Shown: positions 1 to 9,242 of the stretch, one piece after another
Numbering within the stretch: the stretch's first letter is position 1
Layout of the letters: each line of letters opens with the position of its first letter
IMG/VR virus record: IMGVR_UViG_2529293141_000017
Coordinates: 1-25,976 of that record
Origin: a virus
Lineage: Duplodnaviria > Heunggongvirae > Uroviricota > Caudoviricetes
Reading direction: 5' to 3' (one strand)
DNA: 25,976 nt
Made by a program: the position numbers and the translations under genes
Notes under the pieces: model-generated
What the model saw: the letters and a program-made list of their open reading frames with translations, nothing else
Told to the model about the DNA's origin: nothing
Database searches by the model: none

Positions 1-918
1 GAAACCCGCAATGAAATCACGCAGACGGTCAGTAAAACTCTGGAAGACCAGAGTGCCACCATACAGCAGATACAGCGGGTGCAGACAGACACAAATAACG
101 ACCTGGCTGCGCTGTACATGCTGAAGGTGCAGAAAACAAAAAACGGCATTCCGTATGTTGCCGGTATAGGTGCGGGGATTGAGGATGCTGATGGCCAGCC
201 CCTGAGCAATATACTGCTGCAGGCGGACCGTATCGCGATGATTAACCCGGAGAACGGCAACAGCACGCCGCTGTTTGTGGCGCAGGGGAATCAGCTGTTC
301 ATGAACGATGTGTTCCTGAAGCGACTGTTTGCAGTGAGCATCACCTCGTCCGGCAATCCCCCGACGTTCTCCCTGACGCCGGAGGGCAGGCTGACGGCCC
401 GCAATGCGGACATCAGCGGACATATCAGTGCGAACTCGGGCACGCTCAATAATGTCGTGATAGCGGAGAACTGTACGATAAATGGCACGCTGAAAGCGGA
501 GAACATTATTGGTGATCTTGTGAAATGTGCAGGGGTGGCTTTTCCGGTGGATGGTAGTTACCTTGCGAACGGTACACGAACGCTGACGGTGTATGACGAT
601 CACAGCTTTGACCGGCAGATTATAATCCCGCCGATAATCTATGTCGGGTCAAAACAGGAATCCCGCACCAGTAATGACATCTGGACAGAGTGCTTCCTGC
701 ATGTTGATCAGAACGGACGCCGGATTTATTCAGGCAGGTCAGTGACAGAGCCGGGAATTTTCAGCGGGATCATCGATATGCCAGCCGGTCATGGTCATAT
801 CACCCTGAGTTTTACCGTAAGTTCACGACGTCAGAACGGGAGTTTTGGCAGTTCACGTATCAGTAACCTTCAGGCGATAGTGGTGAAGAAAAACAGCGCG
901 GGGATCAGTATCCGCTGA
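1..918 (+). CDS. J: Phage tail tip / host-specificity protein J, C-terminal part (5' end outside window)
   Basis: Open frame from base 1 with no stop until 918; it sits immediately upstream of the side-tail-fibre gene, as in lambda. The product assignment is from reading the translation, not from a search. Confidence 0.7.
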   Translation, partial: ETRNEITQTVSKTLEDQSATIQQIQRVQTDTNNDLAALYMLKVQKTKNGIPYVAGIGAGIEDADGQPLSNILLQADRIAMINPENGNSTPLFVAQGNQLFMNDVFLKRLFAVSITSSGNPPTFSLTPEGRLTARNADISGHISANSGTLNNVVIAENCTINGTLKAENIIGDLVKCAGVAFPVDGSYLANGTRTLTVYDDHSFDRQIIIPPIIYVGSKQESRTSNDIWTECFLHVDQNGRRIYSGRSVTEPGIFSGIIDMPAGHGHITLSFTVSSRRQNGSFGSSRISNLQAIVVKKNSAGISIR

Positions 919-1116
919 ACATCGCGCCCCGGGATTGCCGGAAGGAGACAAAAACCGTACAGTATGCGCGGGTGCCTTTGGCTGATGGCCGGAGGGAACA
1001 CCTGAAGGCCGGAAAGACGAAGGCCCCGGACAAACATTCATGTTTAACCCGAGGCCTGACGTTCTTCCTTCAGCAAGAAGAAGGTTAGCGCCTCTCCGTA
1101 AAAGGAGCAAGCGTTT

Positions 1117-1251
1117 ATGTCGCAAAAACCGTTAAAAACCACCGTGATTTGTATCACGGTAGTGCTCATTATCTGGATCACCCACAGTTCACTGTGCGAG
1201 TTCCGGTTCCGGATAGCGGGGCGCGGAGATTGCGGCGTTCTTACAGTGTAA
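1117..1251 (+). CDS. Hok/Gef-family-like small membrane peptide (44 aa), possibly truncated
   Basis: Own translation MSQKPLKTTVICITVVLIIWITHSSLCEFRFRIAGRGDCGVLTV: an N-terminal hydrophobic helix followed by SLCEFRFR, matching the Hok/RelF core (KSLCEIRYR). AAGGAG sits 6 nt upstream of the ATG. The C-terminus diverges from Hok. Confidence 0.3.
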   Translation: MSQKPLKTTVICITVVLIIWITHSSLCEFRFRIAGRGDCGVLTV

Positions 1252-1353
1252 GCAGTAAGAAACCGTGGCGGGGGAGAATATCCCCCGCCGACCGGTTGCT
1301 GAGGGTGGTCAGCCGGATGGCACCGTTTTAACACCAACAAACCACAAATTTTA

Positions 1354-1387
1354 CCGCAGGCCGGGAAACCGGTACTGCGGTTTTTTT
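1354..1387 (+). terminator. Rho-independent terminator-like hairpin immediately upstream of stf
   Basis: CCGCAGG ... CTGCGG stem with a nested CCGG pair, followed by T7, then GGGGG and the ATG at 1401. Confidence 0.5.
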
Positions 1388-1400
1388 ATGGGGGAAATCC

Positions 1401-2801
1401 ATGACAGTCAGAATATCGGGTGTGCTGAAGGATGGTACGGGAAAACCGGTACCGGGATGCACGATAGAGCTGAAAGCGCGCCGCACAACGGAGACGGTGA
1501 TTGTCACCACGGTGGCGTATGGTCAGCCGGGGGAAACCGGCAGTTACAGTATGGATGTTGAGCCGGGTCTGTACCGGGTGACGCTGAACACGGAAGGGTA
1601 CGCGCCGTCATATGTGGGTGACATTCTGGTGAAGGCGGATTCTGCACCGGGAACGCTGAATAAATTTCTGATGGACCTGGAGGACGCACAGTATTACCCG
1701 AAAGCCCTTGCAGAGCTGGAAGCGGTGGCAGCGGAAATCCTGAAACGTGCAGAAGCGTCAGCGGCCAGTGCGGAGGAGGCAAAAAAACGGGCAGAGAATG
1801 CGCGGGGACCGAAGGGGGATAAGGGGGACACCGGGCCGCAGGGTATTCCCGGGCCAAAAGGCGATACCCGCGAGCGGGGGCCAAAGGGTGAGCGTGGTGA
1901 GACAGGACCACAGGGGCTTCAGGGTGTGAAAGGTGAACGGGGAGAGAAGGGCGAAAAAGGCGAGCCGGGAGGGCCGGATGCGACGACGGCACAGAAGGGA
2001 ATTGTGCAGTTAAGCAGCACAACGGACAGTGATGATGAAACGAAGGCAGCCACCCCGAAAGCGGTGAAAGCGGCAATGGACAAAGCGGACGGATGCCTGG
2101 AGAAAGCGAAAAACGGTGACGATATCCCGGATAAGGTGAAGTTTCTGAACACCGTGGGGGCAGCCAGAGTATACGGGCGGGACATTCATACGGGGGCCGG
2201 TGAATGGACCACGAGTGAGTTTGTCGCCTGGCTGAAAGAAAAAGGGGCATTTGACCAGCCTTACTGGATGATGAAGGCATCACTGCTTGCGGAATTTAAT
2301 AAGGTCATCACGGATGTCGGACCGGGAAAACTCAATCTGGGAGGCTGCGCCATTGAGGTGATGGGGACGTATAACGCAGCCATAGTCCGGGTCACCATCG
2401 GCGAATACGGTGGCGATGGTTTTCTGAACGGCACGGTCTGTACCTGTACAGTTTATGGAGACACACAACGTTTTCACTGGCGGGTGGATTACAGCACAAA
2501 AAACAAGCCCACAACAGCAAGCCTGACAGTAAATGGCTGGGAGCGTGATGAAGTAACCGGTCGTTTGCGGCAATGGGGCAGTATTGAGGTAAGTGAGGAT
2601 GATGGTAAGCTTATGACACAGCACTCTATCCGTTTTCCTGTCGCTTTTCCGGTTGCTGCTCTGAATGCTCAGGTGTCTGCAGTGGGAGACCCCAACGCCA
2701 TTAAGATGTATACCCTGTCGAATCCGTCATTAGTGTCTGTGACTCTGATAACAGTCAGGGGATGCTACGGCAAGTTTTCATGGGAAGCGATCGGATACTG
2801 A
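1401..2801 (+). CDS. stf: Side tail fibre protein (lambda Stf-like) with an internal collagen-like Gly-X-Y repeat region
   Basis: The N-terminus MTVRISGVLKDGTGKPV..CTIELKARR parallels lambda Stf (MAVKISGVLKDGTGKPV), and KGIVQLSSTTDS..ATPKAVKAAMD matches the conserved fibre motif. About 58 residues of G-X-Y repeats lie at nt 1806-1980. Confidence 0.85.
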   Translation: MTVRISGVLKDGTGKPVPGCTIELKARRTTETVIVTTVAYGQPGETGSYSMDVEPGLYRVTLNTEGYAPSYVGDILVKADSAPGTLNKFLMDLEDAQYYPKALAELEAVAAEILKRAEASAASAEEAKKRAENARGPKGDKGDTGPQGIPGPKGDTRERGPKGERGETGPQGLQGVKGERGEKGEKGEPGGPDATTAQKGIVQLSSTTDSDDETKAATPKAVKAAMDKADGCLEKAKNGDDIPDKVKFLNTVGAARVYGRDIHTGAGEWTTSEFVAWLKEKGAFDQPYWMMKASLLAEFNKVITDVGPGKLNLGGCAIEVMGTYNAAIVRVTIGEYGGDGFLNGTVCTCTVYGDTQRFHWRVDYSTKNKPTTASLTVNGWERDEVTGRLRQWGSIEVSEDDGKLMTQHSIRFPVAFPVAALNAQVSAVGDPNAIKMYTLSNPSLVSVTLITVRGCYGKFSWEAIGY

Positions 2802-2810
2802 GGGCATTGT

Positions 2811-3035
2811 ATGGAACAGTATGTTTTTTCACCGTCAGAGAATATGTTCTATCCCCTGTCCCTGCGGCCGGTTTATGAGGCAGCAGGGCGCTGGCCGGAA
2901 GACGGTATTGTGGTGGATTATGTGGTGTATAAAGTCTTTGCAGCGGATGCTGCACCGGCAGGTATGAAGCGGGGCGTCGGTGCGGAAAAAATGCCGGTCT
3001 GGGTGCCGGTATCGGAGGAGGGCACGGAAACATGA
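2811..3035 (+). CDS. Tail fibre assembly protein-like, N-terminal-type fragment (74 aa)
   Basis: The N-terminus MEQYVFSPSENMFYP...AGRWPEDG resembles the N-terminal motif of tail fibre assembly chaperones. It is too short for a full Tfa and its stop overlaps the next start (ATGA). Confidence 0.4.
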   Translation: MEQYVFSPSENMFYPLSLRPVYEAAGRWPEDGIVVDYVVYKVFAADAAPAGMKRGVGAEKMPVWVPVSEEGTET

Positions 3036-3304
3036 TGCATATCAGAAATTTTTCGTATTACACCCCGGCGGAGCCGGATGTTGCAGGCGCGATGTACCTG
3101 AAGTCTGAGGATGGTCAGGACTGGTATGAGTGTCAGGCGTTGTTTTCGCCGGAGACGCTGAAGGTGGTGTATGACAGCCGGGGTGTGATTACGGGATACG
3201 GTAAGGACACTGCGTTACTGTGGCCGGTGAACCAGAGTGTGGCAGAAGTGCCGGATACCCCGGAGAACAGGAAAATTGACCTGAGCGGGCGCTGGGGGTT
3301 TTGA
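3032..3304 (+). CDS. tfa: Tail fibre assembly protein (Mu U / P2 G-like), N-terminal part; frame broken at a T4 run
   Basis: SEDGQDWYE...ETLKVVYD...VAEVPD...DLSGRWGF parallels P2 G / Mu U up to the W-x-F motif and then stops. The continuation DGEKI... lies in the -1 frame (see findings). Confidence 0.55.
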   Translation: MMHIRNFSYYTPAEPDVAGAMYLKSEDGQDWYECQALFSPETLKVVYDSRGVITGYGKDTALLWPVNQSVAEVPDTPENRKIDLSGRWGF

Positions 3305-3350
3305 CGGGGAGAAAATCACGGACCTGCTGACCGCGGAGAAAGCGCGAGGG

Positions 3351-3707
3351 ATGAAGGGCGATGAAATTAACGCCTGGCGTAATGCGATGGAAGCGGCGAA
3401 CTACACGTTTGAGCACAATGGGCGTAAATGGGACTACGGGAAGTCAACGCAGACGCGTCTTGAGCCATCGGTGGCGGCGGCGAAAGCGGGGAAACTGCCG
3501 GAGGCGTTTTTCTGGACGGATGCGGAAAACAATGATGTGCCGGTGACAGCAGAAGAGCTTATTGCGCTGAGTGAAGCGGCAGAGCAGGCGATGTTCACTA
3601 AAGGGATGGAAATCCACATTCGCCAGCGCACCATGAAGAAGGACCTGGAATCGCTGAGCAGTGCGGATGAGATCCTGGCATACAGGGTTGGCTGGGCACA
3701 GGAATAA
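3351..3707 (+). CDS. tfa: Downstream part of the same tail fibre assembly gene (or a separate 118-aa chaperone-domain ORF)
   Basis: The frame is open from 3285 and reads ...FDGEKITDLL..., completing the W-G-F-D-G motif of the upstream ORF. ATG 3351 has only a poor Shine-Dalgarno. Confidence 0.45.
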   Translation: MKGDEINAWRNAMEAANYTFEHNGRKWDYGKSTQTRLEPSVAAAKAGKLPEAFFWTDAENNDVPVTAEELIALSEAAEQAMFTKGMEIHIRQRTMKKDLESLSSADEILAYRVGWAQE

Positions 3708-3870
3708 CAGACAAAAAGATGGGGGACCATCACCTCCCCCATGAACTGCGTTGATTATGTCATTATTGTGAAGATATACACTATGCCGGGTAAATAGTGC
3801 CACGGAAAAGTTAATTCCGGAAGTGACGGAACTCTCATTTTTCGCGCATCCTGTTGATATGGATGATTTT

Positions 3871-4200
3871 TCAGATTTCCGGAAGTCCGTATTTTGCCCG
3901 GGCGCGGTTGCATGCTTCATTTGCGATGCCATTTTCTCCGGACATTGCGAATTCCCGGCACGTGGACGGACGGTTTTTGTAAACAGAGCAATATGCGTTT
4001 TTACCCGGAGTTCCCGCCAGAGCGACACATCGGGGATTTTTCTGACTGGTGCCGCGCATACAGCGATGAAAGGGGGATATTTGCTCAGTGAGACTGACCG
4101 GAACCTTTCCGCCAGCATCGTCAGCTTCTGCCCAGTAAAAAGAGACGCGGAAAAATGCACAACAGGCACCACACGTCATGCATGGATTCGGATTGTTCAT
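3871..4200 (-). CDS. YkgJ-family Cys-cluster (CxxCxxCC) zinc/iron-chelating protein, prophage moron
   Basis: [12 protein letters not shown]...RCMRGT...PRCVALAG...[14 protein letters not shown] fits the YkgJ-type pattern. Start chosen at MNNPNPC; an alternative in-frame ATG lies at 4257. Confidence 0.5.
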   Translation of the reverse strand: MNNPNPCMTCGACCAFFRVSFYWAEADDAGGKVPVSLTEQISPFHRCMRGTSQKNPRCVALAGTPGKNAYCSVYKNRPSTCREFAMSGENGIANEACNRARAKYGLPEI

Positions 4201-4299
4201 TTTTATACTATTTGTTGTTTTTTCAGCGATCAGATCAAAGGACGCTGAAAAAAACATTCTCCAAAATTAAATTATAACTATTTGATTTTATGGATAGAG

Positions 4300-4331
4300 G
4301 CATGCTTTTTACGCAAAAGTAAAAAGCATGC
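4300..4331. other. Perfect 13-bp-stem hairpin (GCATGCTTTTTAC / GTAAAAAGCATGC) between the prophage end and the potB stop
   Basis: Exact inverted repeat with a 6-nt loop, about 35 bp beyond the potB stop codon. Confidence 0.5.
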
Positions 4332-4364
4332 CAAATTTGCTATTAACTCTTTGAATATTCAGCA

Positions 4365-5228
4365 CTAATCATCTATTTCGGTTGCCTTCTTATTCAGCAA
4401 ACGAGAAGCGCGCCAGTAAACCAGCAACATCAGGCCCATTACGATAGTCAGCGTAATGCTGGTAGCTGCACCAAACGGCCAGTCACGAATATTAAGGAAC
4501 TGGACCTTGATGACGTTACCGATCAGCAGGTTTTTCGCACCGCCCATCAGGTCGGATACATAGAACAGGCCCATCGCTGGCAGCATCACCAGCAGACATC
4601 CGGCAATAATTCCCGGCATCGTCAGTGGAATAATGATACGGATAAAAGTCTGTAACTTGCTGGCACCGAGATCGCGCGCCGCCTCAAGCAACGGCTTATC
4701 CAGTTTTTCGATACTGGAGTACAGCGGCATCACCATAAACGGCAGCAGAATGTAAACCAGACCGATAATCACCGCACTGGGCGTGAACATGATACGGATT
4801 GGTGTGTCGATAACGCCCAGCCAGAGCAAAAACTCGTTGAGATAGCCTTTGGTGCTGAGGAAAATTTTCAGCCCGTAGATACGAATTAATGAGTTGGTCC
4901 AGAACGGAACAATCAGCAGAAACAGCAGCAGCGGACGCACCTTGTGTGGCAACTTCGCCAGAAACCAGGCAAACGGGTAGCCCAGCACCAGGCAGGCGAG
5001 GGTGGCGATCAGCGCCATATTCAGCGAGTGCAATAGCACTTCAAAATAGAGCGGATCGAGCAGACGCGTGTAGTTATCCAGCGTAAAGACCATTTTGACA
5101 AAACTGGCGTCGTCGCGGGTCAAAAAGCTGGTGCCAATGATCATCAGGTTGGGCAGAAAGACAAACAACACAAGCCAACCGACAATAGTGACAATCACTA
5201 CATTCTGGAACTTACTTGTGTTCTTCAT
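4365..5228 (-). CDS. potB: Spermidine/putrescine ABC transporter permease PotB
   Basis: 287-aa multi-TM permease with the EAARDLGA signature. Its start overlaps the potA stop, as in the potABCD operon. Confidence 0.93.
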
Positions 5229-6348
5229 CAGCCAGTACGACCTCCCAGCTTTCTACCCAATTAATGGCCATTTTTTGGTCGAGAGAGTGGTCAAAGTCAG
5301 GATCGTCTTCATTGAAGAATTCGCTGACCATCACCATCTTGCCATTTTCCAGTTCAACAACCGACTCCAGCGTCATGCCTTTGTAGTTACGCTCGCGAAC
5401 GTAACCAATCAGCCCTTCAGCGTGGTTGTCGTCGTTAATCTCTTCAACACGTAAGTCTTCCGGGCGCAGCAGAACATGCAGTTTTTGCCCCGGTTCAACG
5501 GCGAAGTTAACGTAGATATTACATTCGCGGCCTTCAACGTTGGCGCGTACGCGCTGCTCGTCTAGACGTTCGATGACAGTGGCGTTAAACATATTGATTT
5601 CGCCAATGAAGCCGGCAACAAACAGGTTTTTCGGCTCTTCGTAGATTTCACGCGGCGTGCCGTCTTGCTCAATGCGACCATCGCGCATCACCACAATCCT
5701 GTCTGACATGGTGAGTGCTTCTTCCTGGTCGTGAGTCACAAAGACGAATGTAATGCCAAGCTTACGCTGTAACGCTTTCAGCTCGTTCTGCATTTGCTTA
5801 CGCAGTTTGTAATCCAGCGCTGAGAGCGACTCATCCAGCAACAACAGACGAGGCTTGTTAACCACCGCGCGAGCAATGGCGACGCGTTGCTGTTGACCAC
5901 CAGAGAGCTGATGCGGTTTGCGTTGAGCGAAGGTTTCCAACTGCACCATCCGCAGGGCTTCCATCACGCGGGGCGTAATTTCAGCAGCGGGGGTTTTTTG
6001 CATGCGCAACCCAAAGGCCACATTTTCGAACACGGTCATGTGGGGGAAAAGTGCGTAGCTTTGGAAAACAGTGTTCACATAGCGGTTTTCCGCCGGAACG
6101 TGGGTGATGTCCTCGTTATCCAGCATGATGCGTCCGGAATCAACAGTTTCCAGACCTGCAATCAGGCGAAGAACGGTTGTTTTACCGCAGCCAGAAGGGC
6201 CAAGCAGCGTGAGGAACTCGCCATTGTTGATAGTCAGATCCAGCTGGGGAATGACCTCTTTACCATCAAAGCATTTGCGAATTCCCGCCAATTGCACCAG
6301 CGGTGAAAGCGAACTCGGTTGTTTATTCAATTTTTTACTCTGTCCCAT
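5212..6348 (-). CDS. potA: Spermidine/putrescine ABC transporter ATP-binding protein PotA
   Basis: 378 aa with Walker [13 protein letters not shown] signature LSGGQQQR and Walker B LLLDE. Confidence 0.96.
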
Positions 6349-6597
6349 GTAAACGCAACGGATGGCTTACCGATGCGGGGTTTGTGGTTAACCACCTTGG
6401 TGACTCTTAATGAGGGCGGTAATTCTACGGCAAACCGCTTGAATCGCCAATCTTTGTTGTGAATTACTGGCTTAGCTTTATATTCATTAAGGTAATGCTG
6501 ATAAATATTCCCGCTTGCAGGGGTAAAAGTGACCTGACGCAATATTTGTCTTTTCTTGCTTCTTAATAATGTTGTCACAAAAAGTGAGGGTGACTAC

Positions 6598-7824
6598 ATG
6601 GATAAACTACTTGAGCGATTTTTGAACTACGTGTCTCTGGATACCCAATCAAAAGCAGGGGTGAGACAGGTTCCCAGCACGGAAGGCCAATGGAAGTTAT
6701 TGCATCTGCTGAAAGAGCAGCTCGAAGAGATGGGGCTTATCAATGTGACCTTAAGTGAGAAGGGCACTTTGATGGCGACGTTACCGGCTAACGTCCCTGG
6801 CGATATCCCGGCGATTGGCTTTATTTCTCATGTGGATACCTCACCGGATTGCAGCGGCAAAAATGTGAATCCGCAAATTGTTGAAAACTATCGCGGTGGC
6901 GATATTGCGCTGGGTATCGGCGATGAAGTTTTATCACCGGTTATGTTCCCGGTGCTGCATCAGCTACTGGGTCAGACGCTGATTACCACCGATGGTAAAA
7001 CCTTGTTAGGTGCCGATGACAAAGCAGGTATTGCAGAAATCATGACCGCGCTGGCGGTATTGCAACAGAAAAAAATTCCGCATGGTGATATTCGCGTCGC
7101 CTTTACCCCGGATGAAGAAGTGGGCAAAGGGGCGAAACATTTTGATGTTGACGCCTTCGATGCCCGCTGGGCTTACACTGTTGATGGTGGTGGCGTAGGC
7201 GAACTGGAGTTTGAAAACTTCAACGCCGCGTCGGTCAATATCAAAATTGTCGGTAACAATGTTCATCCGGGCACGGCGAAAGGAGTGATGGTAAATGCGC
7301 TGTCGCTGGCGGCACGTATTCATGCGGAAGTTCCGGCGGATGAAAGCCCGGAAATGACAGAAGGCTATGAAGGTTTCTATCATCTGGCGAGCATGAAAGG
7401 CACCGTTGAACGGGCCGATATGCACTACATCATCCGTGATTTCGACCGTAAACAGTTTGAAGCGCGTAAACGTAAAATGATGGAGATCGCCAAAAAAGTG
7501 GGCAAAGGGTTACATCCTGATTGCTACATTGAACTGGTGATTGAAGACAGTTACTACAATATGCGCGAGAAAGTGGTTGAGCATCCGCATATTCTCGATA
7601 TCGCCCAGCAGGCGATGCGCGATTGCGATATTGAACCGGAACTGAAACCGATCCGCGGTGGTACCGACGGCGCGCAGTTGTCGTTTATGGGATTACCGTG
7701 CCCGAACCTGTTCACTGGCGGTTACAACTATCATGGTAAGCATGAGTTTGTGACTCTGGAAGGTATGGAAAAAGCGGTGCAGGTGATCGTCCGTATTGCC
7801 GAGTTAACGGCGCAACGGAAGTAA
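6598..7824 (+). CDS. pepT: Peptidase T (tripeptide aminopeptidase)
   Basis: 408 aa starting [21 protein letters not shown]; GAGGG Shine-Dalgarno upstream. The longer ORF start at 6556 is rejected. Confidence 0.93.
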
Positions 7825-7833
7825 GCGAAAAGG

Positions 7834-7856
7834 GATGCGGCATGTGATGCCGCATC
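7834..7856. terminator. Bidirectional terminator hairpin between convergent pepT and roxA
   Basis: GATGCGGCAT gtg ATGCCGCATC, a 10-bp perfect stem. Confidence 0.5.
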
Positions 7857-7872
7857 CGGCTTAAATCCAAAC

Positions 7873-8994
7873 TTACCCTTCGAAGAACCAATACCCGCTA
7901 TTGACCAGCGCCGCGAGCATCGCGAGGAATGACGGATCTTCCAGCGCATCGCCAAAATTCTCCGCAGTCAGCGCAATGTTGCTGGCGAGTGCATCCAGTG
8001 CCGGACGGTGCGGGGAATCGATCTTCTCACCATTGGCATACACGTCGTCGCCAATGCGCAATACGCGCAGACCACCCAGGCGCACCAGCACTTCACCTTG
8101 TTTCAGCGCATCGTAGATTTCATCCGGCTGATAAGGCGGCTCTGGCGGCGCGATATCCAGTTCATGACGTGACTGGGATATAAACTCGCCAAACCATTGC
8201 TTAAAGTGTTCCGGCTGGTTGATCAATTCGAGCATCATCTCACGCAGTTTATCCATCTCTTGCGGCAGAACATCCGCAGGATGAGCGCGAGGTGGAACAT
8301 CCGGATCGCTGTAGTAGTTGCCGCCCAGTTCACGTTGCAGCACATAATCGGCAAATCCACTAATCAGTTCCCGCGTATTTGGCGCGCGAAAGCCCACGGA
8401 ATAGTTCATCGCATTTTCCAGCGCGTAGCCTTCATGCGGGAATCCTGGCGGAATATAAAGAATATCACCAGGCTCCAGCTCTTCATCGATGATGGCTTCG
8501 AACGGATCGACCTGTAACAGATCCGGATGTGGGCAGTGCTGTTTCATTTGCAGCTTTTCGCCCACTCGCCAGCGACGACGTCCGGTACCCTGAATGATAA
8601 ACACGTCGTACTGATCGAGATGCGGACCGACGCCGCCGCCGGGTACAGAAAAAGAAATCATCAGATCATCAATACGCCAGTCCGGTAGTTCACGGAACGG
8701 TCGCATCAGCGCGGCGGTCGGCTCATGCCAGTGGTTCACTGCCTGTACCAGTAATGACCAGTTGGTTTCACCGAGATGATCGTAGCTTTCGAACGGGCCG
8801 TGGCTGACCTGCCATTTGCCATCCTGGTGACTGACCAGTCGACTGTCAACTTCGCTTTCCATCGCCAGACCCGCCAACTCGTCTGGAGAGATCGGGTCAA
8901 TAAAATTATTAAAGCCGCGTTTTAACACCACCGGGCGTTTCTGCCAGTGACGTTCAAGAAAATCGGGCCAGTTAAGAGTGAGTTGGTATTCCAT
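7873..8994 (-). CDS. roxA: Ribosomal protein uL16 arginine hydroxylase (YcfD/RoxA, JmjC/cupin family)
   Basis: 373 aa from MEYQLTLNWPDFLERHWQKRP, in conserved synteny with pepT. Confidence 0.9.
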   Translation of the reverse strand: MEYQLTLNWPDFLERHWQKRPVVLKRGFNNFIDPISPDELAGLAMESEVDSRLVSHQDGKWQVSHGPFESYDHLGETNWSLLVQAVNHWHEPTAALMRPFRELPDWRIDDLMISFSVPGGGVGPHLDQYDVFIIQGTGRRRWRVGEKLQMKQHCPHPDLLQVDPFEAIIDEELEPGDILYIPPGFPHEGYALENAMNYSVGFRAPNTRELISGFADYVLQRELGGNYYSDPDVPPRAHPADVLPQEMDKLREMMLELINQPEHFKQWFGEFISQSRHELDIAPPEPPYQPDEIYDALKQGEVLVRLGGLRVLRIGDDVYANGEKIDSPHRPALDALASNIALTAENFGDALEDPSFLAMLAALVNSGYWFFEG

Positions 8995-9195
8995 GTTAAG
9001 CATCCACAGGCTGGTATCTGCAACCGATTATAACGGATGCTTAACGTAATGCGTGAAGTATGGACATATTTTATCAATTAGTGTTTTTTGCCGTTTCATA
9101 ATGTTTCAGGTTGTGCATTATGTTTTTGATTATAAACAGATTTGTGATTTTTCTTGTTCCAGCTTGTTTCACGTTGTAGCCCTTTGTGCAACGAT

Positions 9196-9221
9196 CGGTG
9201 TAGTTAATGGTGTAGTTAATT
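9196..9221. repeat. Candidate attL core (CGGTGTAGTTAATGGTGTAGTTAATT)
   Basis: Direct repeat of 24410-24435; lies immediately 5' of the int start. Confidence 0.55.
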
Positions 9222-9242
9222 GTGATGACCGGATTCAAAATT

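Larger units (their letters stand above)
1..4360. mobile_element. Right-arm terminus of a lambdoid prophage (J - stf - tfa - moron), continuing upstream of the window and ending next to the potB 3' end
   Basis: Co-directional J C-terminus, lambda-Stf-like fibre and Tfa-like ORFs, followed directly by the host potB stop with potC absent from its expected position. The exact right boundary is not resolved. Confidence 0.7.

Noticed and set aside
1504-2283. 259-aa minus-strand ORF antisense to stf
   Set aside because: A proline-rich, low-complexity translation of the reverse complement of the GC-rich Gly-X-Y repeats, lying wholly inside a confident gene.
2811-3707. Invertible host-range segment (Pin/Gin/Cin-type) around the tfa genes
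   Set aside because: No invertase gene, no oppositely oriented fibre C-terminus or tfa pair, and no inverted crossover repeats in the window.
3444-4172. 242-aa minus-strand ORF (and plus-strand ORF 3823-4248)
   Set aside because: They overlap the tfa and YkgJ-like genes in other frames, with no start signals or recognisable domains.
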